Shown: piece by piece, positions 25,261-37,945 of the stretch | Layout of the letters: every line of letters starts with the position of its first letter | Position numbering within the stretch: position 1 is the first letter of the stretch | From: Eledone cirrhosa | Taxonomy: Eukaryota | Assembly (NCBI GenBank): GCA_964016885.1 | Contig: OZ024743.1 | Coordinates: 324,074,001-324,138,000, forward strand | Reading direction: 5' to 3' | Length of the DNA: 64,000 bases | Notes under the pieces: model-generated | The model's input: the letters and a program-made list of their open reading frames with translations, nothing else | What the model was told of the DNA's origin: nothing | The model's database searches: none | Made by a program: the position numbers and the translations under genes

Positions 25261-25369
25261 GCTGTGGCAGATCAACCAAGGAGGGGCTCCAACATGAGTG
25301 AGAAGATATTGGATTATTGTGCTGAAACAGCAAGCAAACAGCCACAGGAAACAAGTACCACCAATCTCT

Positions 25370-26277
25370 GGGAGGGCCCTGTAGAAACAGTAGACAGCTT
25401 CTGCTACCTAGGTGACCGAATTAGCAACGGAGGTGGGTGCTCAGAAAGTACAATAACTAGGGTAAGAACGGGATGGAAGAAGTTTAGGGAACTACTACCA
25501 CTGCTAGCTGCAAAAAGCTTCTCCCTCAGAATGAAAGGCAGACTGTATGATGCGTGTATCCGAACAGCGATGTTGCATGGTAGTGAGACCTGGGCGCTGA
25601 AGGTGGAAGACTTACGTAGATTAGAGAGAAACGAAGCCTGCATGCTCCGATGGATGTGTAACAGTAATATACGTGAACGACAAAGCATAAAGGAATTGAG
25701 AGAGAGACTGAGCATAAGAGGAATCAAATGCTGCGTGCATGAGAGGCAGTTACGCTGGTATGGACATGTGATGCATATGAAGGATGACAGCTGCATAAAA
25801 AGGTGCAGAGCACTAGAAGTTGATGGAAACCGCGGAGTGGGGAGACCCAAGATGACTTGGGATGAGGTGATAAAAGCCGACCTTACCCAACTACACCTCT
25901 CAAAGTCAATGACACACGACCGTGACTTCTGGCGTCACGCAGTAATACAGGGTACCCGACCTCCCATGGGTACATGCTGAAGCATATAAACAATATGCCC
26001 CCCCCCCCCCCCCACCGCAAGGTGGTCGTGGAGGTGCCACGGCAAAAAAGCACCCAGCCCACACTGTAAAGTGGACGTGTAGGCGCCACGAAAAAGCACC
26101 CAGCACTCACTGTAAATGAGGTTGGTGTTAGGAAGGGCATCCAGCTGTAGAAATCAAGCCAGATCAGTTCCTGTATGAGCAAGGCATGGTCAGCCGACCA
26201 GACACTGCCCACAACAGGACAACCCGTCTAACCCATGCTAGCGTGGAAGAACGGACGTAAAACGGTGATGATGATGA
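25370..26277 (+). mobile_element. RTE LINE, 5'-truncated (sister subfamily of 4111-6862), with intact C-terminal ORF segment
   Basis: ORF 25264-25980 from EGPVETVDSFCYLG onward is highly similar to the C-terminus of ORF 4495-6918, and the full 3' UTR and (GAT)n tail are present. Confidence 0.92.
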
Positions 26278-27134
26278 AGTAGTGTATTTTTTTTACCGGA
26301 TTTTATAGTTAGTGTTTTGTTTTAAGTACATTTTAGTCTGTATAAAATTCTGTTCTTTTTACTGCTTTTTCATTAGAAAAACTCAACAGTTCCACATACA
26401 CACCTTTACCAAACTTTATTGATTTTTTTTCTTTTTTCCTGATAATATCCTTTTGTTACTTTTCAACACACACTTTAAAAGACTAACAAGAAGCTCCTCC
26501 CACTCGCACTTCTACTATTACTGCTACTCCTCCTGATCATTATCATCACTATCATCAATACCACCACTATCATGATTTTCACTAGAACTATCATCATCAT
26601 TTTCATCACCACGACCATCATCATTCTCATCATCATCAGTCCACCATGATCCTTACCACGACTACCATCACCACCATTTCCATGTTATTTTTTTCATTCA
26701 CTCTTCAAAACCTCCTAATGTAACCTATCTCTCTCCTCTCCTTCTCTGTAATACTTCCCACACCCCTGTCCTGCCGTTTATATGTTACTTCAATCTTACT
26801 TTAATCTTTCTTCTCACTTGTTCACTCCTTCCCACCCTCTCCCATCACATTTTCTCTATTTTTCCTTTGTTTTCTTTCTGCCTCTCTTTTTTCTTATTTC
26901 TTCTAGCCCTTCCTCTCTTTCTCTTTCACTTATTCATATGCACAACCTTCTCTATCAGTTACAAAAAGGCACAAACACATTATGCATAGATATATACACG
27001 TACAAACACATACATTATATACACACATACAAAATGTGTGTGAAAGAGAGAGTGAGAGAGATTATATATATATATTTATATATATATATAGAGAGAGAGA
27101 GCGAGAGCGAGAGCGAGAGAGAGAGAGAGAGAGA

Positions 27135-27215
27135 CTTTTAGATGCAATAAATGTCAATATATGATATAAGATGTTAGGACTTACATACAGGTGCAAATGC
27201 ATTATGCATGTATAT

Positions 27216-27263
<48 letters not shown>

Positions 27264-27488
27264 GTATACACACATACAATTTATGTGTGTGTGGGAGAGA
27301 GAAATAGATGCAATAAATACATACACTGTCAATATATAAGATATTGAAACTAACATACATAAATGCACACACAGGCATAAACATTTTATGCATATATATA
27401 TGAATTTATACATAAATGCACACACACAGACAAATGTATACAAAGTTAAGATACGCATATAAGCATACACATACAAACATACAAATTA

Positions 27489-27525
<37 letters not shown>

Positions 27526-28012
27526 GAGAGATAGAAAGAGAGAGAGCGAGAGAGAGAGCGAGAGAGAGAGCGAGAGAGAGAGAGAGCAAGAGAAAAAGAC
27601 ATTTTTCGATACAATAAATACATACAAAGTCAATGCATGATATATTGGAACTTACACAGGCGCAAACACATTATGCACATATATGAATTTATATAAGTTT
27701 GTGCACGCATATATAAATTGTGTGTGTGTGTGTGTGAGAGAGGGAGAGAGTAATAAATAGAGCAAGACAGATTCGTAGATGCAATAAGTACATAAAGTCA
27801 ATATATAAAATATTGGAACATACCAACATAAATGTACACACAGGCAGAAACACATTATGTCTATATATGAATTTATACACATAACACATATATAGTACAA
27901 ACACATGAATACAAATTGTGTGTGTGCGAGAGAGAGAGAGAGAGATGGAGCAAGACATATTTCTAGATGCAGTAAGTACATACAATGTCAATATATAAGA
28001 TATTGGAATTTA
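27135..28012. repeat. Composite satellite of ~170-300-bp units containing internal (TA)/(CA)/(GA) runs
   Basis: TAGATGCAATAA...GTCAATATATAAGATATTGGAAC recurs at ~27139, 27305, 27608, 27777 and 27964. Confidence 0.8.
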
Positions 28013-28210
28013 CTAACAGAATAACATTGAAAATAATTTATTAAAAAGAAAAAAAAAATGATGAGAAAAATTGAAAAGTAAAAAAAGAAATTAGGTTAAT
28101 GTCTGCCCTGCTTTGATGAATTGTATGGTTTGGTTTCATATATATATATATATATATAAAACCACTACACTTACAAACATTATAAAGATTATAAATCTAT
28201 ACATTCAAAT

Positions 28211-28800
28211 ATCATCATCATTTTTACGTCCGCTTTTCCACACTTGCATGGGTTGGATGGGTCTTTTTCAGCACAGTATCTCTCCACACGTTGCGATCAT
28301 CTCCACTGTGAGTTTCAGTGATTTGAGATCAGCTCTCACCACCTCTACCCAGGTCTTCCTCAGCCTTTCTCTACTGCAGCTTCCTCCAAGTGAGGTTTCT
28401 TGGCATTTCTTCACCCAGCTATCACCATCCATGCATGTCACATACCAATGCAGTTTTCTCTCTTGCACTTTGCTTTTGATTCCTCTTATACCCAGTTTTC
28501 CTCTCAGTTCATCCAAGCTCAGTCATTCTATTACATTATATATATGCAGAGAGAGAGAGAGAGAGAGAATATCTTTAAGACTATAGAAGTTTATAAATAT
28601 GAAGCCATGCATATGGATGACGATTGTTGGTTGAAGAAATGCCAAGAGATCTCAGTGGAAGAAAGCTGCAGTAGAAGATGAGGGGAGATCTGGACAGAGG
28701 TGGTGAGAATTGATCTCAAAATGTTGAAGCTCTAGGGAGGCTGTACTAGAAAAGACCTGACCTACCCATGCAACCACGGAAATATGGATATAAAGTGCTG
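28211..28800. mobile_element. Inverted pair of old RTE 3' fragments (minus 28211-28520, plus 28605-28800)
   Basis: Both encode a (W/V/L)KKCQE...SCSR..R.TW.EVVR.DLK segment, in opposite orientations. Confidence 0.8.
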
Positions 28801-28859
28801 ATTATAATTATTAATTTAGCCTGTCATATCTGCCTTCTTCATTGCCGAAAGATGGCATA

Positions 28860-29130
28860 AAGTAGCCTGAGAAATATTTCTCATACAGGTGTAATACACA
28901 TATAGAGCAGACTTCAAAATTATACTCACACAGGTGTGATAAACATATTGAGTAGAACTGAGAAAAATTACTCTCACATGTGAAATAAATATATAGAGTA
29001 GCTTGAGAAATGTTCATCACACAGGTGGGATAAATAAATAGAGTAGACTGAAAAATATTCCTCACAGGTGTAATAAATAGAGTAAACCGAGAGATGTTCC
29101 TGTCAGGTGCAATAAATAGAGTAGCTTGAT
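28860..29130. repeat. ~40-50-bp minisatellite, ~6 copies
   Basis: AGAGTAG.CTGA.AAAT.TTC.TCACAGGTG.AATAAAT units. Confidence 0.8.
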
Positions 29131-29246
29131 TCTTCATGGTCACAGCTAAAGTATTCGATGTGAGAAGGCTTTCAACATGATATTGAAAAGCTATCAGCTA
29201 TATATATTGAGTACTCTTTATTTGTTGCACAAATTTACAAATATAT

Positions 29247-29299
<53 letters not shown>

Positions 29300-29945
29300 C
29301 AACCATATACATATAGTAAAAACAATTGCAAATTTCTAGATGTGTGTGACTATACAAAGAGAGAGAAAGAGTGCTGGATAGATAGATAACCAATGCCAAT
29401 ATGGGGAGATGTTTCTAAGATGAATTAATGAAATAAATCTTTATACATATGTGTGTGTGTATGTGTGTGCATGCGTGCGTGCGCATTTGAGTTTATCCTC
29501 AGTCAACAACCATGTTTGTCATCCCAACTCAAATAAGGAAACCAATATTTACACTATACCTAGTGGTGTTAGTTGACATGTCTTTATTGGCTTAGGAAGT
29601 AATCGAGGAAGGCATGAGGGGAGAAAAAAGACCAAAGAGTGCACAGTTATATAAAGGGGTGCACTGGTAATCCTTTCTAACAGGAAATAATCATTGACAA
29701 AGAAAAAGAAAAACCTTAAACTTAACCTTTTCATTACCATATTCCTAATGAAACACACTGCCTATAATTTTCAAGTACTTTTGAAAATAATCAAGAATTT
29801 TGAGTGTTTTAGTAATATAACTAAGTTTCTCATTATCAAGTTGTTGTTTGGAACATAAAGTTTCTTACTTAAAATTATGATGGGAGGTTTTTATATCAAT
29901 ATAAACACTTTAACCCAACCCCCTTTCATAATTGTATTCCTAATA

Positions 29946-30131
29946 CTTGTTTCTACTTTAGACACAAGGCCAGCAATTACCCAGTGCATTACTGGTACTT
30001 TATTTTATCGACCCCGTAAGGATGAAAGGCAGAGTCAACCTCGGCGGGATTTGAACTCAGATCGTAAAGGGACGTAACTATGCTGGAAAGCATGGCGTCC
30101 GACCCTCTACCGATACTGCCAATCCACCACC
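29946..30131 (-). mobile_element. SINE type A, full length, young
   Basis: Near-exact reverse complement of 40140-40324 and 60511-60704. Confidence 0.9.
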
Positions 30132-31149
30132 CTATTCCTAATACTGCCTACGATTTTCAAATGTAGTACATTGTAAAGTAGTAGATGATTGAATCAGAGG
30201 TAATATAGGAGATGATAACTTCATTAGTGTTGGTATCACAATTTTCCATAGAAACCATGCCAAAAATGTCTAAGAAGGCCGTAGCTACAATTAAATAGTC
30301 ACTTGGTCTGTAACAACCTGTCCAACCCATTAAAAGCATGGCAAAGCAAACACAAAAAGATGATGATGATGATTCTATAATATCTATGTAACCCAAGCAA
30401 AGTTAGTTACTATGTAGTGACACCAACTAAATAGGGACTGAAGAAATTAAATATTTAGCACCTAATTTTTTGCCTCAACTTATGTACATAGTTCAGATGT
30501 ACTTTATCTGCAGGGAGCAACAGCAACACTAAACTAAGTTATAACAACAAGATTAGGGGTGAAAGCAGTCATAAAACTGTTAAAGAGATAATAGGTTCCA
30601 CATATTTAAAGCATGAGGTCCATAACGAAAACAATAATTTCATTTGACAGGGATATCCTATCAGTAATCACTGCTGGTTTGCATTTCTTTGCATCTATTA
30701 CAACATTGGGTGAAATTTAATGAAGCAGATGGTATTTACTGAGGAAAGAAAGGAAGTGTTGAGTTGGAGAGGGGGTAGGGTAGGAAGAGAAGGGGGTAGA
30801 GTGGGGGTCAGGAGAGAGAAAGAGAGGAGGAGATGTTGGGGAGAGGTGTGAGGAAGAGGTGATGAGGGGGAGCTGGAGAGGGGGGAGGACATGGGGAAAT
30901 GTGATCAGCTTTCATTTCTAACAAGTGTATTTGCAGCAAAGTCACATAATTAGACATGCCATCAAAAAGTCAGCTTTTTACATAATTAACAGGGAATATC
31001 AGAATCAACTGAGAACAGAGAATGATAGAATAGACTGAGAACAGGGAATAATGGAATAGATTGGGCACAGGGAATAGTGGAATAGATAAGGAACAGAGAA
31101 TAATGAAATAGATAGGGAACAGGTAATAACAGAATAGATTGTTATTCCA

Positions 31150-32073
31150 TGTTCCCAAAATAATTGCTGTACAGGAGAAGCCAATCCTTGGGTCTCTCCA
31201 CAGAAACTTGCAAAAGGTATGTCAAAGATGATCTTAAGAAATACTCCTACAGAATACAGACTAAACAAAAACTTATTGTAGCTGATAAGACCAAGAGAAA
31301 GGCTATGGCTGAGAAAATACCGGAGAAGACGGAAAATAACCCAGATTTTTTTTAATTTGCTACAGATCTTTGATGAAGCCTACTTTCACTTAGAGGGGAA
31401 TATTAACTCTAAAAACATGTACTGAAGTGGCTGTGAAAGCTCTCCATTCAGCTAATCGTACCATCTGGGTTGTCATTTCTGAGAGAGGGCTGATCGGTCC
31501 ATTCTTCTTCAAAGAAAATAATGTCACTGCTACAGTCATAAAGGAGCACTATTTGGAGGTCTTGGAAGACTTCAAAAAGGAGGTACAGACCTTGTACCCA
31601 CATCTAATTAGTGAGTTCTGGTTCCAACAAGATGGAGCAAGCCCTCATGCTTCTAGTAAGTAATGAGAATGGAGGAAAAATAACTTTGAAGACTGTTTTT
31701 GAAAAATAAATTTGAAGATTGGTTTTAAGTGAGCTCTCCAAAGCCCTGACTTGAACCTCCCAGATTTCTTTCTGTGTGGCTATCTGAAGGCAAGAGCATA
31801 TGTCAACAAACCCAGGACTATCACTGAACTAAAGTAAAACATCAGGGACGAGATCAGAGCCATCCCTAGGTCTGTTTGTAAAGACAATATGCTAAACTTC
31901 ACCATCCACTTCAAAAAATACACGGATTCAAATGGTATTTACTTGGATCATGTGGTGTAACACAGCAGTGAAATTTTTATGTTGTTTTTAATAGTTTGAA
32001 CTAAATATACCTGTCAAAAAATGAATAATGTAGATAAAAATATATATGGAGCCAGTGTTTTTAAATCACCCTG
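31150..32073 (+). pseudogene. Decayed Tc1/mariner-superfamily (DDD) transposase with right terminal repeat
   Basis: Broken frames contain DEAYFHL, IGPFFF, WFQQDGASPH and SPDLNLPDFFLCGYLK. The element ends ...AAATCACCCTG|TA. Confidence 0.88.
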
Positions 32074-32929
32074 TATATCTTCATTGTACTGTATTGTTTT
32101 GCTGTGTTGTTTAGTTTTGCATATATATACACACACACACACAGTGAAGTCATAAATAAAGGGGAGTGTTTTAGATCCAAGTTTGCCCCGCTCATCATCG
32201 ATGAAAGACAAGTAGATTAAAGATATCTTCAGTAAACTTGTGTTTACTGTGGTGTTAGTAAGATGTTCCAGTGTTGGGCAAAATATCAAAACAATCCATC
32301 AATAAGATGTAGAAGTAAAAAATGAAATTTTCCCATCAAGATTTTATAACTTATAATCCATGAACTCCATTTTAGTTAATCTTTTCTATTATCAACATTT
32401 TCTAAATTTATTGCACTATCATCATCATCAACAGCAGCAACAGAGATGGCAGAGGTGGCATCACCATCATCAACATCATCACTGCCCCCAGCCCTCGCAC
32501 TATCCTCACCATTGCCATCATCATCATCATAATCACCACAACCATTTACAGCTGCCTTTTTCATGCAGGCATGAGTTGGACAAAGCTTTATTTTCAGATA
32601 GTATTCTAAGGGTGGATGCCCTTTCTAGCACCAACCCATACTTTATTTTTAAGCAGAGTACATATTCCATTGGTCTTCATCAAACTGCAAGGTTGTGTAA
32701 TATAAACAAATGACAGTACTTGCTTGAATAGTATCAACATGAAGTCATATAGAGAGATAGATGCACACACAATATCATCATCATCATCATATGTCCGCTT
32801 TTCCCTGCTTGCAAGGGTGGGACGGGTCCTATTCAGCACAGCATCTCTTCACTTGTCACAGTCCTTATATATATACACACACACACATATGTACATGTGT
32901 GTGTGTTTGTACAAATATATATATACACA

Positions 32930-33744
32930 CAGGCAGGCTGTATGATGCCTGCATACGAACAGCAATGTTAGATGGCAGTGAGACCTGGGCATTGTGTGCA
33001 GAGGATCTGCGCAGACTGGAGAGAAACGAAGCTTGCATGCTCCGCTGGATGTGTAATAGTAATATACGTGAACGGCAAAGCATAAACGAACTAAGGGAGA
33101 AATTAGGAATAAGAGGGATCAGATGTTGTTTACTCGAGAGAAGACTACGTTGGTACGGTCACATGATGCGCATGAAAGACGACAGCTGTATAAAAAAGTG
33201 CAGGGCGATAAAAATAGACGGTAGCCACGGAGTAGGCAGACCCAGAAAAACCTGGGACGACTTGACAAATTCCGACCTCACACACTTACACCTCTCCAAG
33301 ACAATGTCACTGGACCGAGAGCTTTGGCGCTACACAGAAGACCCGCCTTGCCTAAGTACAAAGCGAAACCTACAGTCAGTAGGCACCTCTAACGAAATAC
33401 ACCCCGTCCCACTACCCCCACCCCATCCACACCACCCCCTTAAATGTGAAGTTATGTTGGTACCACAACATCCAGTCCGAAACAAATGAGGTTGTGTAGG
33501 TGTCACGACAAAAAAACACACAGTCCATGCTGTAATGTGGCCGTGTAGGTAACATGGTAAAAACCTCCCAGTTCCACACTGTAAATGTGGTTGGTGTTAG
33601 GAAGGGAATCCAGCCGTAGAAAACCCGCCAGACAGTCCTATACGAGCAAGACAACCAATCTTGCCTCAGGTGGGAAAACTCCCGTCCAAACCCATGCAAG
33701 CGTGGAAGATGGATGTTAAACGATGATGATGATGATGATGATGA
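32930..33744 (+). mobile_element. RTE LINE 3' fragment (same subfamily as 4111-6862)
   Basis: Reads GRLYDACIRTAML...RRLRWYGHMMR...GRPRKTW. The 3' UTR matches 4111-4494, with a (GAT)n tail, and the copy starts after a TA/CA run. Confidence 0.92.
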
Positions 33745-34538
33745 CACATATATCATCGTTATTGTTTTATGTCCATTTTCCATGCTGGCATGGGTGGGAC
33801 AGGTGGCACACCATTTATCCACGTTTTGGTCACATTAGTAGATAAGTCACCTCCATTTTACATTCAACATTTACTATGTACCCTATATTTTGAATTGAGG
33901 TTTTGTAGATCCAGTATAGTATTTTCATGGAAAAGGATGTAACATATACTTTTATAGAAAAAAAATGTGACGTATGAATTTGTGTGTGTGTATATATATA
34001 TTATCAGTGTGTATCAAGTTTAGAATAGGTACACCATATCCTTGCATGTCATAAGAAACTATTAAAAGGATTGATGTCAGGACAGGATTGACATCTATTT
34101 GTAAAACATTGCCTCAAAAAATCCCTTCCAACTCATGTCAGTATAAAAATGGTGATGATGATGATTATGATATATGTGGGTGTTGGACCTTCTTCAGTTC
34201 TGATGACAAGTATACCAGTTGAGGTGATCAATGGAGATTCGGTATGGCATGGTGTGTGATACAGCTGTAATTGAAAGCTTTGAATTACAGATACAGCTCA
34301 TTTTTGTAAGGTAAGTAGGCTGGTACAACATGTAATAAAGTGTCTTGCTTAAAAACACAACACACCGGCAGGAAATGAACTCATGATTTTCCAATCTTGA
34401 GCTAAGTGCCCTAACCCATGCTCGTTCACACATAGCCATCTATCTATCTCTGTATATATTAAGTGGTTCAGTAGATTCGTGGTTTACTGAGGAAGGTACA
34501 AAATCTGCACTATGCTAATGCAGAGTGTATATATTAAA

Positions 34539-34718
34539 AACAAAACGAGGTTTCACATTAAGGTCTTTATTGAATATACACAGTCATGACCATTTCACAG
34601 ATGGGTGGCCCAGGTTCCATGTAAATGCTATAGATCCAACTCCAGTCCGATCTGATCATCAGACTTGTTAATCAAGCAAAACCCAAATAAAGACCTTAAT
34701 GTGAAAGCTCATTTTGTT
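34539..34718. mobile_element. 180-bp element with 33-bp terminal inverted repeats and an internal hammerhead-like core
   Basis: 34539-34571 and 34686-34718 are inverted repeats (2 mismatches in 33). The minus strand of 34582-34665 has CTGATGA-T-CAGAT...ATCTG-T-GAAA-TGG-TC. Confidence 0.65.
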
Positions 34719-35287
34719 ATAACTATATATATATATATATAGTTATAGTTATATTTGGGGATGGCCATGTTGCTAATATTGCCAATAAATAAACATGCAC
34801 TATTTAATTTTCACTTCAGCTTTATTATTAGTTATTAGAACACGACACTCTGGTATTTGTGGTTGCCATACCATGAATTGGCCATTCCTATCTTCCTCTT
34901 AATCCTTTCTATACTATTCCATGATTTGCTTCTGTATAATGGGCAAATCCGATTTACGTCATTCTCAATGATGGTTTTAATTTGAATTTTGCCATGGCTC
35001 CTTTGTACACCCTGATTTTGTCTCTTTGGTTTTACCCAGAAAACTGCATTGTATGTATCACTAACTATTAAATCACACATGTGGGATATGTTTTTAATTA
35101 GCCTTACTAGGGCCACAATCAAGATATTGAACTTAGTACTATCTGAGATTGAAGAGCTCCTGTGAATCAGGTACTTAGCGGCCATGAGTTTGGCATAATG
35201 CAAATGGAGGATTTGGCTTTGTCATTCTTAGTTTCCAGCCAGAGTTCTGTGTCCAGCCAGTCTGTAGTTGGTGTGCTTAGTTGGGTA

Positions 35288-35334
<47 letters not shown>

Positions 35335-36972
35335 TGCGTGTGTATGGGGGGGGGTATGTGTGTGTGTGTGTATGGGGGGGACATGTGTGTGTACGGGGGG
35401 GGACATGTGTGTGTGTGTATGGGGGGGGACATGTGTGTGTGTGTATGGGGGGGAGGGTATGTGTGTGTGTGTGTGTGAGTGTGTGTGAAAGCACAGTATC
35501 TGCCTCCAAAATGTTACATTTATAATATTTCCTATCCCAATTCAATGTACTCTATTTAACTTATCTCTTCTATTATCAACACTTTCCCTAGTTATTTGAC
35601 TAGATCTGAATTTAGAATACAAACACCCAGACAAAGAGATAAAAAAAACAGCTAGCAGAATACCATGTGTGAAAATAATTCTGAATAATTGTGAATATTT
35701 CTGAATAATTCAAGGTATTTTTAATTCTAAACTATTTTGTCTTCAAAGGAAATATGTCAGAAATATGGGGTGTGGTATAAAAGAAAACAAAACTTTCCCT
35801 GGAATGCATGACATAAAGGAAAACTAAACTCCCTACAATAGCTAACCTTACATATTCACCATCCCTTTCTGTTCCAGCACACCTGCTTAAAGCAACCAGT
35901 CTAGGAGTTATACTGAGGTTCCCAAGAAAGAAGCCAAAGCTGCTTTGTTTTATGAGATTTTCAGAATTATTTACATTTATTAGCATGTTGGAGTTTTTAA
36001 CCCAACCCTTTCCTGAGGTTGCAATGCTGGTGTTGGTTTGCCACAAACATTATTAGAAGGAAACTCCAGTGCCTCCTGTTGTTGTGGGTAATTGAGTGTG
36101 ATTGTCTTTACTGGCCTCTTTTTTCTCTGCTTGGTCTTGATTTCCTTTTAGTTTTTCTCTGATTACTTTTTTACTGCAAATTGTTAAGTTTTTCAATACA
36201 AAGAAAAATGTTTTTCAAGCCTAGAGACTCATCAGGCCAAACTCTATCCAGATTTCATTTGTGTTAATTAACCCTTTCCTTACCATGTTTCTAATGAAAG
36301 ACACTGTTTATGGTTTTCAAATAATTTTGAAAATAATCAAGAATTTGGAGAGATTTAGTAATATAATATAAAGTAAAGTCTTTCTTCATGAAACAAACTA
36401 ACTGCATTGGTTATCTATCAGGACACTGCAGCCTTCAAAACTTCCATGCTTCCTGAAATTTGCCAACACTACACCTGATATTCCCCCTCCATACACATGC
36501 ATGCATCATGACTTATACACTGTTCACTTTCTTGACATTTGTACATTATTCTATGAACTAGACATGCACCTTTGGCGAGTTGTAGTGCACCTGAGCACTG
36601 TACACAATAATTTTCATTATTATTTTTTCTGAAGTCTCAACAGACCAGAGATTAACCATTTTGATAATAACACAGCCAGAAGTGTTATGGTTCTATTAAA
36701 CAAAATCACCCATTTTAAAGGATCCCTATTTAAATTGAAATCTTTCAGCATATCTTCATTTTAATAATTTAGATAGAGCGCATTTCATTAGAAATATGGT
36801 CACGAAAGGGTTAACAATAAGTCTAACAAAAGATAACTGCCTATAATTTTCAGATAATTTTGGAAAGAGAGCGAGGAAAGGAAAGAGAAAGGGGAAAGAA
36901 AGAGAGAGCGAGAGAGTTAGAATGGGGAGAGAGAGCATGTGTGTGAGTGAGAAATGAGAGAGAGCAAGAATG

Positions 36973-37006
<34 letters not shown>

Positions 37007-37510
37007 GAGAGCGAGAGAGAGATAGCGAGCGAGAGAGAGATAGCGAGCGAGAGAGGGGGGGGGGGGGGGCAAGAGAGAGAGAGCGAGAGGGGGGGGCAAG
37101 AGAGAGAGCGAGAGAGGGGGGGGGCAAGAGAGACAGTGCAAAGGAGAGAGAGAGGGGACAAGAGAGAGAGAGAGACTAACTGGGATGATATTTCCTGGTG
37201 ATTTACTAAAGAAAATATCACTGAATAACAATTTTGTTTTTGTTTGTCTAAATATAAGCTCAATTTTTGGGAAAGAGATGAGGATATATTGTGTAAATGA
37301 AGGTTGAGGATATATATGTAAATTATATATATAATTTACATTATGACCCCAGAGAGAGGGGGAGAGACGGAGGCAGTGTCAGTGGGAGTTTCGTTCCTTT
37401 GTGTTCGGACCTGGTGTAAATAACAATAGATTAATAATGAGAAAGTCGTATTATTAAACCCCAACTATATATATATATATATATGTATGTATATATATAT
37501 ATATATTTAT

Positions 37511-37640
37511 ATAGGAAAGGAGTCAGGACCCCGATGGCTGAGTTCCGGCCGTTTTGACAGCTAGACCTGAACTGTCAGGGTTAGGTCTAGCTGTCGAAAT
37601 GGCCGGAGCTCAGCCGTCGGGGTCCTGACTCTTTCCCTAT
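37511..37640 (+). other. 60-bp GC-rich inverted repeat (RNA hairpin candidate)
   Basis: 37511-37570 pairs with 37581-37640: 53 Watson-Crick pairs, 6 G-U, 1 A-C, with a 10-nt loop. Confidence 0.9.
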
Positions 37641-37806
37641 TACCCACTCTACTACCCTAAGTATCGAGTATTCTGGTGCATTATGGTCCACCTGGTTCCT
37701 TACCACACTTCCTTCATTATATATATATATATATATATATATATACAAACACATCCACATATATATAATTTTGTTTTCAAATATAAAAACTGGTAGGTAA
37801 GTATAT

Positions 37807-37945
<139 letters not shown>

